A stretch of 43,337 bases of DNA from a virus. The notes beneath the pieces are model-generated. The model worked only from the letters and a program-made list of their open reading frames with translations. It made no database searches and was not told the origin of the DNA. Every line of letters begins with the position of its first letter. Within the stretch, counting starts at the first letter, position 1. Positions 24,389-31,062 of this stretch are shown in pieces. A program made the position numbers and the translations under genes. Where the stretch lies: the IMG/VR virus record IMGVR_UViG_3300045988_011788. One strand, written 5' to 3'.

Positions 24389-25504
24389 ATGGCAAATTGC
24401 ATCAAATGTAAAGCAGCGCTGCCGGATGGCGCGCTGTTTTGTCCTATGTGCGGCAAAAAGCAGGTCGCCGAAAAGCGCAAAGCGCTCAAGCGCGCCAACG
24501 GAACCGGCACGGTGTATAAGCTCTCAGGCCGCCGTGCGCGCCCGTGGGTCGCCGCGAAAAACAGGGTGGTCATTGGATACTACGAGCGCAAAACAGACGC
24601 ACTGGACGCATTGGAACGGCTGAACGGCAAGCCCCTGACGGAGCGATACAATATGACCTTTGCCGAGGTGTTTGAGGCGTGGAAGGCCGAGCACTACAAA
24701 GAGATCGGCAAGCAGGGCATCCAATCGTATGACGGCGCGTACAAGGTATTTGCCCCGCTGCACGACCGTAAATTCCGTGATCTGCGCGCCGCTGACTTCC
24801 AAGCCGCGATTGACCCGTACATGAGCAAAAGCCATTCCACCGTCAGCAAATATAAGCAGCTTATTACCCAAATGTCGAACTGGGCTGTGCGGGAGGAAAT
24901 CTGCACGGCAAATTTTGCAAGGTTTGTCCGCCTGCCGGAAAATATAAAAAAAGAAAAGGATATCTTCACCGAGGAAGATATCCAGAAACTCGAAAAGGAC
25001 GGCAGCGACGCGGCGAAGATCGTCCTGATGCTGTTGTCAACCGGTATGCGCATCGGCGAGTTATTTAACCTTCCTATCGCTGATTATCACAAGACTTATG
25101 TGGTCGGCGGAGAAAAGACAGACGCAGGCCGCAACCGTATCATTCCCATCCGCCCGGAAGGTCGGCAATATTTTGAGCATTTCGCTGCGCGCGCAACAGG
25201 CGAGCTGCTGATCTCTGGTTACAGCGGCCAGAAGGTTATTGAGAATTTCCGCAAGCGCGATTTTTACCCGCTGCTCGACCGTCTCGATATAGCCAAAAAG
25301 ACGCCGCACGCCACGCGCCATACTTACACGTCCCGCGCCGTCAAGGAAGGGCTGGCCCCAGAAATGCTGCAAAAAATACTCGGTCACGCCGATTATTCCA
25401 CCACGGCAAACATCTATACACATATTGACGCCGAAACATTGGTGTCCGCCGTTACTGACGCGTTACTAACAAGCCAAGAAAATGGCAAAAAGAAAAAGCC
25501 CTGA
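24389..25504 (+). CDS. int: Tyrosine site-specific integrase with an N-terminal zinc ribbon
   Basis: C-terminal catalytic region HATRHTYTSRAV...LGHADYSTTANIYTHI. The N-terminus is CIKCKAALPDGALFCPMCG. Confidence 0.92.
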   Translation: MANCIKCKAALPDGALFCPMCGKKQVAEKRKALKRANGTGTVYKLSGRRARPWVAAKNRVVIGYYERKTDALDALERLNGKPLTERYNMTFAEVFEAWKAEHYKEIGKQGIQSYDGAYKVFAPLHDRKFRDLRAADFQAAIDPYMSKSHSTVSKYKQLITQMSNWAVREEICTANFARFVRLPENIKKEKDIFTEEDIQKLEKDGSDAAKIVLMLLSTGMRIGELFNLPIADYHKTYVVGGEKTDAGRNRIIPIRPEGRQYFEHFAARATGELLISGYSGQKVIENFRKRDFYPLLDRLDIAKKTPHATRHTYTSRAVKEGLAPEMLQKILGHADYSTTANIYTHIDAETLVSAVTDALLTSQENGKKKKP

Positions 25505-25529
25505 AACCGTTGCGTTTCAAGGCTTTTTA

Positions 25530-25574
25530 TGGTGCGCGGTACAGGACTCGAACCTATGACCCCATGCACGTCAA
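25530..25574 (-). other. attP core: 3' half of a tRNA-Val(GAC) gene (anticodon loop to CCA)
   Basis: The minus strand reads TTGACGT-GCATG-GGGTC-ATAGG-TTCGAGT-CCTGT-ACCGCGC-A-CCA. The 5' partner of the anticodon stem is absent. It lies 26 nt downstream of int. Confidence 0.7.
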
Positions 25575-25704
25575 TTAAGTGCGAAAGCTAAATTGCCGGA
25601 ATATTGTAGCAATAGCGCGGAATAGTTCGGCATAATTGAAACATATTTTGGTTAAACCCGATGCCGTTCTGTGCAATTCCTTTACGGTTGCTAACAAATT
25701 ACTA

Positions 25705-26025
25705 TCACGTTACCAGTTTGCGCATGACGCTATTATAGACGCGCTCGTTTACAATTTTCAAGCTGTCCATCAGCTCGTCCATGATCTCCCATGCCTTGTC
25801 CGGTGGAACATCTGCCACTGCGCGCAGAAAATCGCTGTCGCCGTATGTTTCGACGCTAACCGGCGCGGGCGCTGCGGAGTATGCCATTGGCAAAGCCCTC
25901 TCTCTGCTGCCGCTTTGCTGGTCACGGATGGCATACAGCACGGCAAGGCGCTCATAGTTTGTCCAACTGGATTCCTCTGTTTCAAGGCGGGCTATCCAGC
26001 GCTTGACCTCATTCTCGTCGACCAT
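25705..26025 (-). CDS. Hypothetical protein (accessory cassette)
   Basis: 106 aa: MVDENEVKRWIARLETEESSW...DSDFLRAVADVPPDKAWEIMDELMDSLKIVNERVYNSVMRKL. Confidence 0.6.
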   Translation of the reverse strand: MVDENEVKRWIARLETEESSWTNYERLAVLYAIRDQQSGSRERALPMAYSAAPAPVSVETYGDSDFLRAVADVPPDKAWEIMDELMDSLKIVNERVYNSVMRKLVT

Positions 26026-26040
26026 AGGGGCGCACCCCCT

Positions 26041-26448
26041 TTAGCCCTCAATCGTGTCCATGCAACGCTGGATGGCTCTGCGGATGCTTTCGTCGTCGGC
26101 GTTGTCCAGCATTTCCTGCAATTGGCGTTTCATGTTGTTGATGCCGCCATCACGGGAATAGTGGCCGCGCACATAATGCGTGCCGCGTCTTGCATTGGGC
26201 ATATCGCGGTCATAAGCGCCGCGCATACCCGACTGCCAGTCTCCGTCGCGGGAATAGCGGCGAGAATAGTCTTCATCGCGGGAATAGCCGTCGTCCTCCA
26301 ACATCTCAATTTTATCGATGTTTTTGATGGTGTCCGTCAGCTTGTGCGCAATTTCGAGATCGCCCGCGCCAAGCTCACCCTTACGTGCCAGCTCGTCGAG
26401 TTCGTCGCACAGCATATTACGCAGATCATACATTGCTTTCTTGCTCAT
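26041..26448 (-). CDS. Hypothetical protein with an R/D/Y/S-rich low-complexity core (accessory cassette)
   Basis: Start refined to MSKKAMYDL. Helical ends flank YSRDEDYSRRYSRDGDW...HYSRDGG. Confidence 0.6.
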   Translation of the reverse strand: MSKKAMYDLRNMLCDELDELARKGELGAGDLEIAHKLTDTIKNIDKIEMLEDDGYSRDEDYSRRYSRDGDWQSGMRGAYDRDMPNARRGTHYVRGHYSRDGGINNMKRQLQEMLDNADDESIRRAIQRCMDTIEG

Positions 26449-26461
26449 GTCCATTCTCCTT

Positions 26462-26884
26462 TCACGCGATTCTATCAACCGTCAGGTTCGAGTTAGCGAA
26501 GTTGACGGCCTGAGTGCTGGTGTTTTCCATTGCGACCGTCAGGCAGCAGCCTTTCGGAACGCAGACCTGTGCGGAAACATAAATGTTAAAGTAGTTTTCT
26601 ACCGCCGCAGGCGTGACGGTAGCTGTTGCACTGGTCAGCGGCTCTCCGTTGATGGCAAGCGCCGCCGTGATGGCCTCAACCGTGCCTCCAGTGGGAATGG
26701 CGATGTTTCCGCCATAGGAGACCCGAAACAGAGCGCGGTTTTGATTGGTGAGGCCGCGCAGCGTGACAATGCCTGCGCCCTGGCGATGCACGATACAGGG
26801 CTTGCTATTGACCGCCGTTCCGGTCAGTGGGACGTTCTGGCCGGCAGGGACCAAAGCAATGATAGAATTACTAAATTCAGCCAT
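26462..26884 (-). CDS. C1q/TNF-like jelly-roll protein resembling the BclA C-terminal domain (accessory cassette)
   Basis: Start refined to MAEFSNS behind aaaggag. A beta-strand pattern ending ...AVNFANSNLTVDRIA resembles the exosporium BclA-CTD layout. No collagen tract. Confidence 0.55.
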   Translation of the reverse strand: MAEFSNSIIALVPAGQNVPLTGTAVNSKPCIVHRQGAGIVTLRGLTNQNRALFRVSYGGNIAIPTGGTVEAITAALAINGEPLTSATATVTPAAVENYFNIYVSAQVCVPKGCCLTVAMENTSTQAVNFANSNLTVDRIA

Positions 26885-26891
26885 ACTGGTA

Positions 26892-27089
26892 TCACTCCTT
26901 TCTCTGATTTGCCCCAAAAGGGGCAAACGCACCATTTGCAATCATTTCCGCGTAGCTGGGCGCAAATAATTCGTCCGCTTTACGCAAAAGATCGGCATAA
27001 TTGCTAAGATCGTACATGCTCATTTCACTCTTGTCCAGAGTTGCAATGTGATCAACAAATTCCTGTTTGAGTTCGTCAACTGTTTTCAC
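26892..27089 (-). CDS. Small acidic helical protein (accessory cassette)
   Basis: 65 aa, GTG start 8 nt after AGGAAGGA. Confidence 0.5.
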   Translation of the reverse strand: MKTVDELKQEFVDHIATLDKSEMSMYDLSNYADLLRKADELFAPSYAEMIANGAFAPFGANQRKE

Positions 27090-27127
27090 AAAATCATTCC
27101 TTCCTAAAGGGGTCGAAATCGACCCGT

Positions 27128-27161
27128 TTAAAATACAGCGGCGGAGCTATTGCCCCGCCGC
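27128..27161 (-). terminator. Rho-independent terminator after the Cys-tailed membrane protein gene
   Basis: On the minus strand, GCGGCGG-10 nt-CCGCCGC followed by TGTATTTT. Confidence 0.55.
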
Positions 27162-27230
27162 GTTGTGATTAGTATCGGCACGGGGCCGACCATTTTCGTG
27201 AGGTCACGAAAAAGCTATGCTATGCAGTTG

Positions 27231-27956
27231 TCAGCAGCCGCAACCGGAACCGCAGCCACCATAGCCGCTGCCCGCCCACGGGTTACAGGTAATGTAAGCC
27301 GGTGAAGGGCACGGGCGAAGCTGCGAAATGAGGTAGTTATTCTGTGCAGCCTGAGACGCGGCCAATTTGAGATTCTGGTTCTCGGTCTGGAGATCGGACA
27401 GCTTGCTCTGCGTGAGGAAGTCGAGGATGGCACGGCTGTTCTGGTTGTTCGCGTCAATGATGTCGCGGGCTGCCGTGTTGACCGTGTTGCGAGTGTCGCA
27501 CGCCTGCGTCGCCATATCATAGCGCACCTGCGCGATAGCTGCGCGATTCTCGCAGCAGCAATTTGCGGCCTGCATCTGCATGGCGTTGAGCTGCTGCATA
27601 AGCGCCGCCTGCTGGTTTGCGCGGGACAGCTCGGCATTGCCGAAGCCGGTGTTGATGGCCTGTGTGGTCGTAGCAAAGCCGCCAGTAATGGCATTGTTCA
27701 ACGCAAAGGTGGAATCGCAAATGCCATTTGCAATACTGTCGAGCTTGCGCTCAACGCTCGCAAAGTCAGATGTCAGAACGTAGCCGTCCATCACACCGCC
27801 GCCGTTACCGTTGCCAAATCCGTTGCGGCCCCAGCCGAAGAGGAAAAGAACGATAATCCAGATCCAGCTGTCGCCCCACATACCCATACCGCCGCCGTAA
27901 TTGTTCGCGGGCGCGACCGGCATAGTCATCATGGGAGCACCGTTGGAAAGAGACAT
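27231..27956 (-). CDS. Single-pass membrane protein with an N/Q/A-rich coiled region and a Cys-rich tail (accessory cassette)
   Basis: 241 aa. Gly/Met-rich N-terminus, TM helix WIWIIVLFLFGW, an internal CCC, and a C-terminus ending PCPSPAYITCNPWAGSGYGGCGSGCGC. Confidence 0.7.
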   Translation of the reverse strand: MSLSNGAPMMTMPVAPANNYGGGMGMWGDSWIWIIVLFLFGWGRNGFGNGNGGGVMDGYVLTSDFASVERKLDSIANGICDSTFALNNAITGGFATTTQAINTGFGNAELSRANQQAALMQQLNAMQMQAANCCCENRAAIAQVRYDMATQACDTRNTVNTAARDIIDANNQNSRAILDFLTQSKLSDLQTENQNLKLAASQAAQNNYLISQLRPCPSPAYITCNPWAGSGYGGCGSGCGC

Positions 27957-28008
27957 AGTATCACTCCTTTGAAAAATTTTTATTTATCAAATCGTGGCCA
28001 CGATAAGA

Positions 28009-28212
28009 TTAGTGGAATAAGGGTTCAAACTGCTTTGCCATAGATTGAAGTTGGTTTAACTCCTGCTGGCTCATAGCGCCAGATTGCAAAAGCTTTTCGA
28101 CTTCCGCTTTGGGGTCACCCTGAAAATTTGCCCTAAACTGTTGAAACTGTTGCATCATCTGAAAAAAGCCGTTCCCGCCACCAAGAGCGCCAAAAAAAGG
28201 ATTACTCATCAT
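28009..28212 (-). CDS. Small Gln/Phe-rich protein (accessory cassette)
   Basis: MMSNPFFGALGGGNGFFQMMQQFQQFRANFQGDP.... The start overlaps the upstream stop. Confidence 0.55.
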   Translation of the reverse strand: MMSNPFFGALGGGNGFFQMMQQFQQFRANFQGDPKAEVEKLLQSGAMSQQELNQLQSMAKQFEPLFH

Positions 28213-28651
28213 CCTCGTCCTCCTCAACCTTGCGCTTTTTCTTGCTCTTTATTTCGCCCACAAGCGCTGCCAGAGCGTCAAACTCTTTACGGGTGACAAA
28301 TTCCACGCTCTTTTCCTGCGGCGCTGTGCGGGGCGTTTCTGCGCGCTCTACAAGATCGTAAATTTTAAGCGTCGGCTTCCCACTTGCATCCGCCTGCTTG
28401 AGATACACAGTCGGCGCGGTAGAATCCCACAGCGCCACAGCAGAGTTGGGCGCGATGAGATAGCCTCTCGCCTCCTGTTCGCCGCTTACCCACTGCACGC
28501 CGCCCTGTGCGATAGGGTTCTGTTGCACTGGCTGCGACATGGGCTGCTGCATGGGCTGCATCTGTGGTTGCTGCATCTGTCGCATCTGCATGAGGTTGTC
28601 CGGCATCGGCTGCGGATAATAGGGATTGAAATAGGGATATGCCATGTTCAT
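28202..28651 (-). CDS. Protein with a Pro/Gln/Met-rich N-terminus, a beta-rich core and a Lys/acidic tail (accessory cassette)
   Basis: Start refined to MNMAYPYFNPYYPQPMPDNLMQMRQMQQPQMQPMQQP... behind GGAGG. The tail is KSKKKRKVEEDEDDE. Confidence 0.62.
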   Translation of the reverse strand: MNMAYPYFNPYYPQPMPDNLMQMRQMQQPQMQPMQQPMSQPVQQNPIAQGGVQWVSGEQEARGYLIAPNSAVALWDSTAPTVYLKQADASGKPTLKIYDLVERAETPRTAPQEKSVEFVTRKEFDALAALVGEIKSKKKRKVEEDEDDE

Positions 28652-29031
28652 TCCTCCGTTTCTTTGACCCAGTAATAAAGCGGGATTTCGTTCTCGCTGT
28701 TCCAACTGTCATAGATCACGCCGTCTTGCACGCACACTACATGTCCAGAGAGCGCGAGAATATACGTCCCGCGTGGGTGCTCATCGGCAAACTTACCGAC
28801 CGTGTAGCAGTCGGGACAGGTGTCCGGCATAATATAGCGCCGATAGCCAAGCGACCGCAGATATGTGCCCCAACAGGCGTTTGCGTTGGGCAAGTCGCCG
28901 TCTAAGTATCCCTGTATGCACAGAGACAAATAAACTTCGCCCCAGTCCTTTCCTGTCGCCTTGCAGATTGCGCGCACGGTGCAGTCGGACACGTTGCGCC
29001 CGTTTGGATTTGGGTTGAAATAGCTATACAT
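28648..29031 (-). CDS. Putative papain-fold Cys-His-Asp enzyme (peptidase or transglutaminase-like) (accessory cassette)
   Basis: Start refined to MYSYFNP. Candidate triad: NVSDCTVRAI (Cys), LSGHVVCV (His), VIYDSWN (Asp). No signal peptide. Confidence 0.45.
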   Translation of the reverse strand: MYSYFNPNPNGRNVSDCTVRAICKATGKDWGEVYLSLCIQGYLDGDLPNANACWGTYLRSLGYRRYIMPDTCPDCYTVGKFADEHPRGTYILALSGHVVCVQDGVIYDSWNSENEIPLYYWVKETEE

Positions 29032-29146
29032 GGAACATCTCTGCAAAGTAGACGTATGTTCTCAGCTCGTCAGGATCAGGGAACAGCGTCAAAATGTCCA
29101 TCGCCATTTGCTCAGTAAAGCCCAAAGCTAAAAGTCGGTCGTACAT
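29024..29146 (-). CDS. Possible 40-aa leader ORF of the accessory cassette
   Basis: Hand-translated: MYDRLLALGFTEQMAMDILTLFPDPDELRTYVYFAEMFHV. Strong SD aaaggaggtg. The stop overlaps the next ATG. Confidence 0.35.
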   Translation of the reverse strand: MYDRLLALGFTEQMAMDILTLFPDPDELRTYVYFAEMFHV

Positions 29147-29176
29147 CGCCGCACCTCCTTTGTTGTGTCCATAGTA

Positions 29177-29203
29177 CAAAAAAATAGGCGCTCAAAAGCG
29201 CCC
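29177..29203 (-). terminator. Rho-independent terminator separating the late/lysis operon from the accessory cassette
   Basis: On the minus strand, GGGCGC-TTTTGA-GCGCC followed by TATTTTTTTG. Confidence 0.6.
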
Positions 29204-29324
29204 ATAAAGTGTATGAAAAGTGCGTCGAAAACCGTCGAACGGTTCCCCTTGCCTTTTTACGTGAAATGTGATATTTTAATTTTACAGGTCATTCCCGGCC
29301 TGCTTTTACACAAGAGAAATGGCC

Positions 29325-29585
29325 TCACCGTTCGGTGGGGCCATTTCTTTTTTCATATACTTCTGATGCCATTTTGCGGTATGCGCGCCGCCGGTATTTC
29401 TTCACTGCGTCAACAGATAGGCTTTGCTCCATTGCCACCTGCACGCAGCTTTTCTGCCGCACGTCGCACTCAATGATACACGCCGCCTCGTCAGCTGGCA
29501 GCTCGAAGGATAAGATATACGCCACGGCCCGCTTGGGGGCCATAGAGGATAATTGCGCGCGGATTGACCTGTGCTGACTGTCCAT
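29325..29585 (-). CDS. Small sigma-70 region-4-like / HTH regulator
   Basis: 86 aa: ...AVAYILSFELPADEAACIIECDVRQKSCVQVAMEQSLSVDAVKKYRRRAYRKMA. No clear SD. The longer track ORF overlaps the endolysin gene out of frame. Confidence 0.45.
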   Translation of the reverse strand: MDSQHRSIRAQLSSMAPKRAVAYILSFELPADEAACIIECDVRQKSCVQVAMEQSLSVDAVKKYRRRAYRKMASEVYEKRNGPTER

Positions 29586-29662
29586 GCCCGTGTAGGGCTT
29601 GCAGAGGCGCTTGCGCGTGGGCTTTCGCCGCCCGCTCCTTTCTGTGCCCAAATCGGGCACCG

Positions 29663-30280
29663 TTATTTTGTCGCTCTCTGGATCATTGTCACGACTTCCT
29701 GCCGCGTGATAAGTCTCTGCGGCGCGCTGCCGTCCGTGATGCCCGCCGCTTTTGCCGCCGCCCAGTCTTTCGCCGCCCACGAAGAGACGGGCTTGGTGCC
29801 GAGCTGTGCCAAATAGGCATCCATCATCTTGTTAAACGTTGCCTGATCCATGTACTCCTCCATTTCCGGCGGGTACTTGCCCGCCAAAATCATGCTCCCT
29901 GTGTACTTGAGGTGGTCGTCCCACTGGAAATGCGGGCGGTCGGGGAATTTCTTCCAGTCGCCGCCCCACGAAAAGCCGACCTGCTTGCCGATCTGCCCGC
30001 AGCGGGCGAAGAACGACGGATCGTCGTACTCATGCCCCTTGACGTTTTTGCAGATGTCGAACGCCAGCCCAGCCTTGACACCGTGGAACGTCGGGCGCGT
30101 CGCGGACTTTGCCGCGTAGCCGTTCTCGGCAAGATAGCGCTGGTACTCGTCGTCTCGTACTGTCTCCGTCACGAGAACCGGAAGCCCCGCCTCCTTGCAG
30201 AGGGCGAGAAAAATGACACAGTTTGCGCGCACGTCCGCCCGCAGGTCAGCAATGTCCCTACTGTGATACATCGCTGTCAC
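29663..30280 (-). CDS. Endolysin, peptidase M15 (VanY-like) catalytic domain plus a C-terminal wall-binding-like segment
   Basis: HGVKAGLAFD and DRPHFQW zinc-ligand motifs. The C-terminal WAAKDWAAAKAAGITDGSAPQRLITRQEVVTMI looks SLH-like. An alternative start MYHSRD lies at 30271. Confidence 0.85.
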   Translation of the reverse strand: MTAMYHSRDIADLRADVRANCVIFLALCKEAGLPVLVTETVRDDEYQRYLAENGYAAKSATRPTFHGVKAGLAFDICKNVKGHEYDDPSFFARCGQIGKQVGFSWGGDWKKFPDRPHFQWDDHLKYTGSMILAGKYPPEMEEYMDQATFNKMMDAYLAQLGTKPVSSWAAKDWAAAKAAGITDGSAPQRLITRQEVVTMIQRATK

Positions 30281-30503
30281 CCTTGCCGTCCTCGTCCTTG
30301 TTTTTGTTGTAGCTGGACGTCGACACGCCGATGAGCGCGCCGATAAACAGCGCCACGGCGCTGATGGTGGTCGTCACCTGCTCGGTGTAGCCCCACCCCC
30401 ACACACCCGCGAGGGCGGCGTAGAGGCCGGAGCAGGCGGGCAGTACGATGAGCACGAGCCACTTGAGCACATCGTACACCTTGTTACTCATTTCAAATTT
30501 CAT
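30258..30503 (-). CDS. Holin (Dp-1-like family)
   Basis: Start MKFEMSNKVYDVLKWLVLIVLPA behind aaaggaga. Two TM segments and a charged tail. Confidence 0.78.
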   Translation of the reverse strand: MKFEMSNKVYDVLKWLVLIVLPACSGLYAALAGVWGWGYTEQVTTTISAVALFIGALIGVSTSSYNKNKDEDGKGDSDVSQ

Positions 30504-30741
30504 TGTTGTTCTCCTTTCGTTTCCGTCCAACGATAATTTCTACCAGTGTCAGAAGCCCAGTAAAGGCTTCGATGATTCCTCCCGTACCCAGCAGGTACGG
30601 GAAGATGTTGTCCCACTGCCACCCCTTAATGCTGTAAAAGATGACCGTGTAGATCACAAAAGCGGCGATAAAAATGCCAACGATAATCAAAATGATGTTC
30701 CTCGTTCGCAATTTCGATGCCTTTTTGATAAGGCGCTTCAT
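30493..30741 (-). CDS. Two-TM membrane protein (second holin/antiholin candidate)
   Basis: Start MKRLIKKASKLRTRN overlapping the upstream stop (ATGA). Two hydrophobic helices. Confidence 0.6.
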   Translation of the reverse strand: MKRLIKKASKLRTRNIILIIVGIFIAAFVIYTVIFYSIKGWQWDNIFPYLLGTGGIIEAFTGLLTLVEIIVGRKRKENNNEI

Positions 30742-31040
30742 CCGACCGCCCCACTCAGCAGCCACGCGATAAACGCGCCCGCCAGCGCCGCGAGAGCCTT
30801 GTCTACCAGACTGTCCCAGCGTTTCCCTGCCTTGCCCGTGATGGCTTTCACGTCCTCTTTGATCTCTTTGACGTCTCCCTCGACGGTTTCCTGCTTGGTC
30901 GCCAGCACTTCGACAGACGTTGCCAGCCTGTCAAGTGCCGTTTGATGCTCCTGCAACTCGTTGATTCGATGCGTATTGCTCTTGCATCGGCTTTCGATCA
31001 GCGCGATCGCCGCATCATCGTAGTGCTTTGCATTATCCAT
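30738..31040 (-). CDS. XhlA-like protein (coiled coil plus C-terminal TM)
   Basis: True start MDNAKHYDD at 31040. The upstream 139 codons of the track ORF are an Arg-rich out-of-frame overlap. The C-terminus is ALAALAGAFIAWLLSGAVG. Confidence 0.6.
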   Translation of the reverse strand: MDNAKHYDDAAIALIESRCKSNTHRINELQEHQTALDRLATSVEVLATKQETVEGDVKEIKEDVKAITGKAGKRWDSLVDKALAALAGAFIAWLLSGAVG

Positions 31041-31062
31041 ATCCCGCTCCCTTTCTGTGGCC

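Noticed and set aside
27215-27694. 159-aa alternative-frame ORF inside the Cys-tailed membrane protein gene, and the 67-aa ORFs nearby
   Set aside because: The sequence is Arg/Pro/Ser-rich, lies entirely within a better-supported frame, and has no SD.
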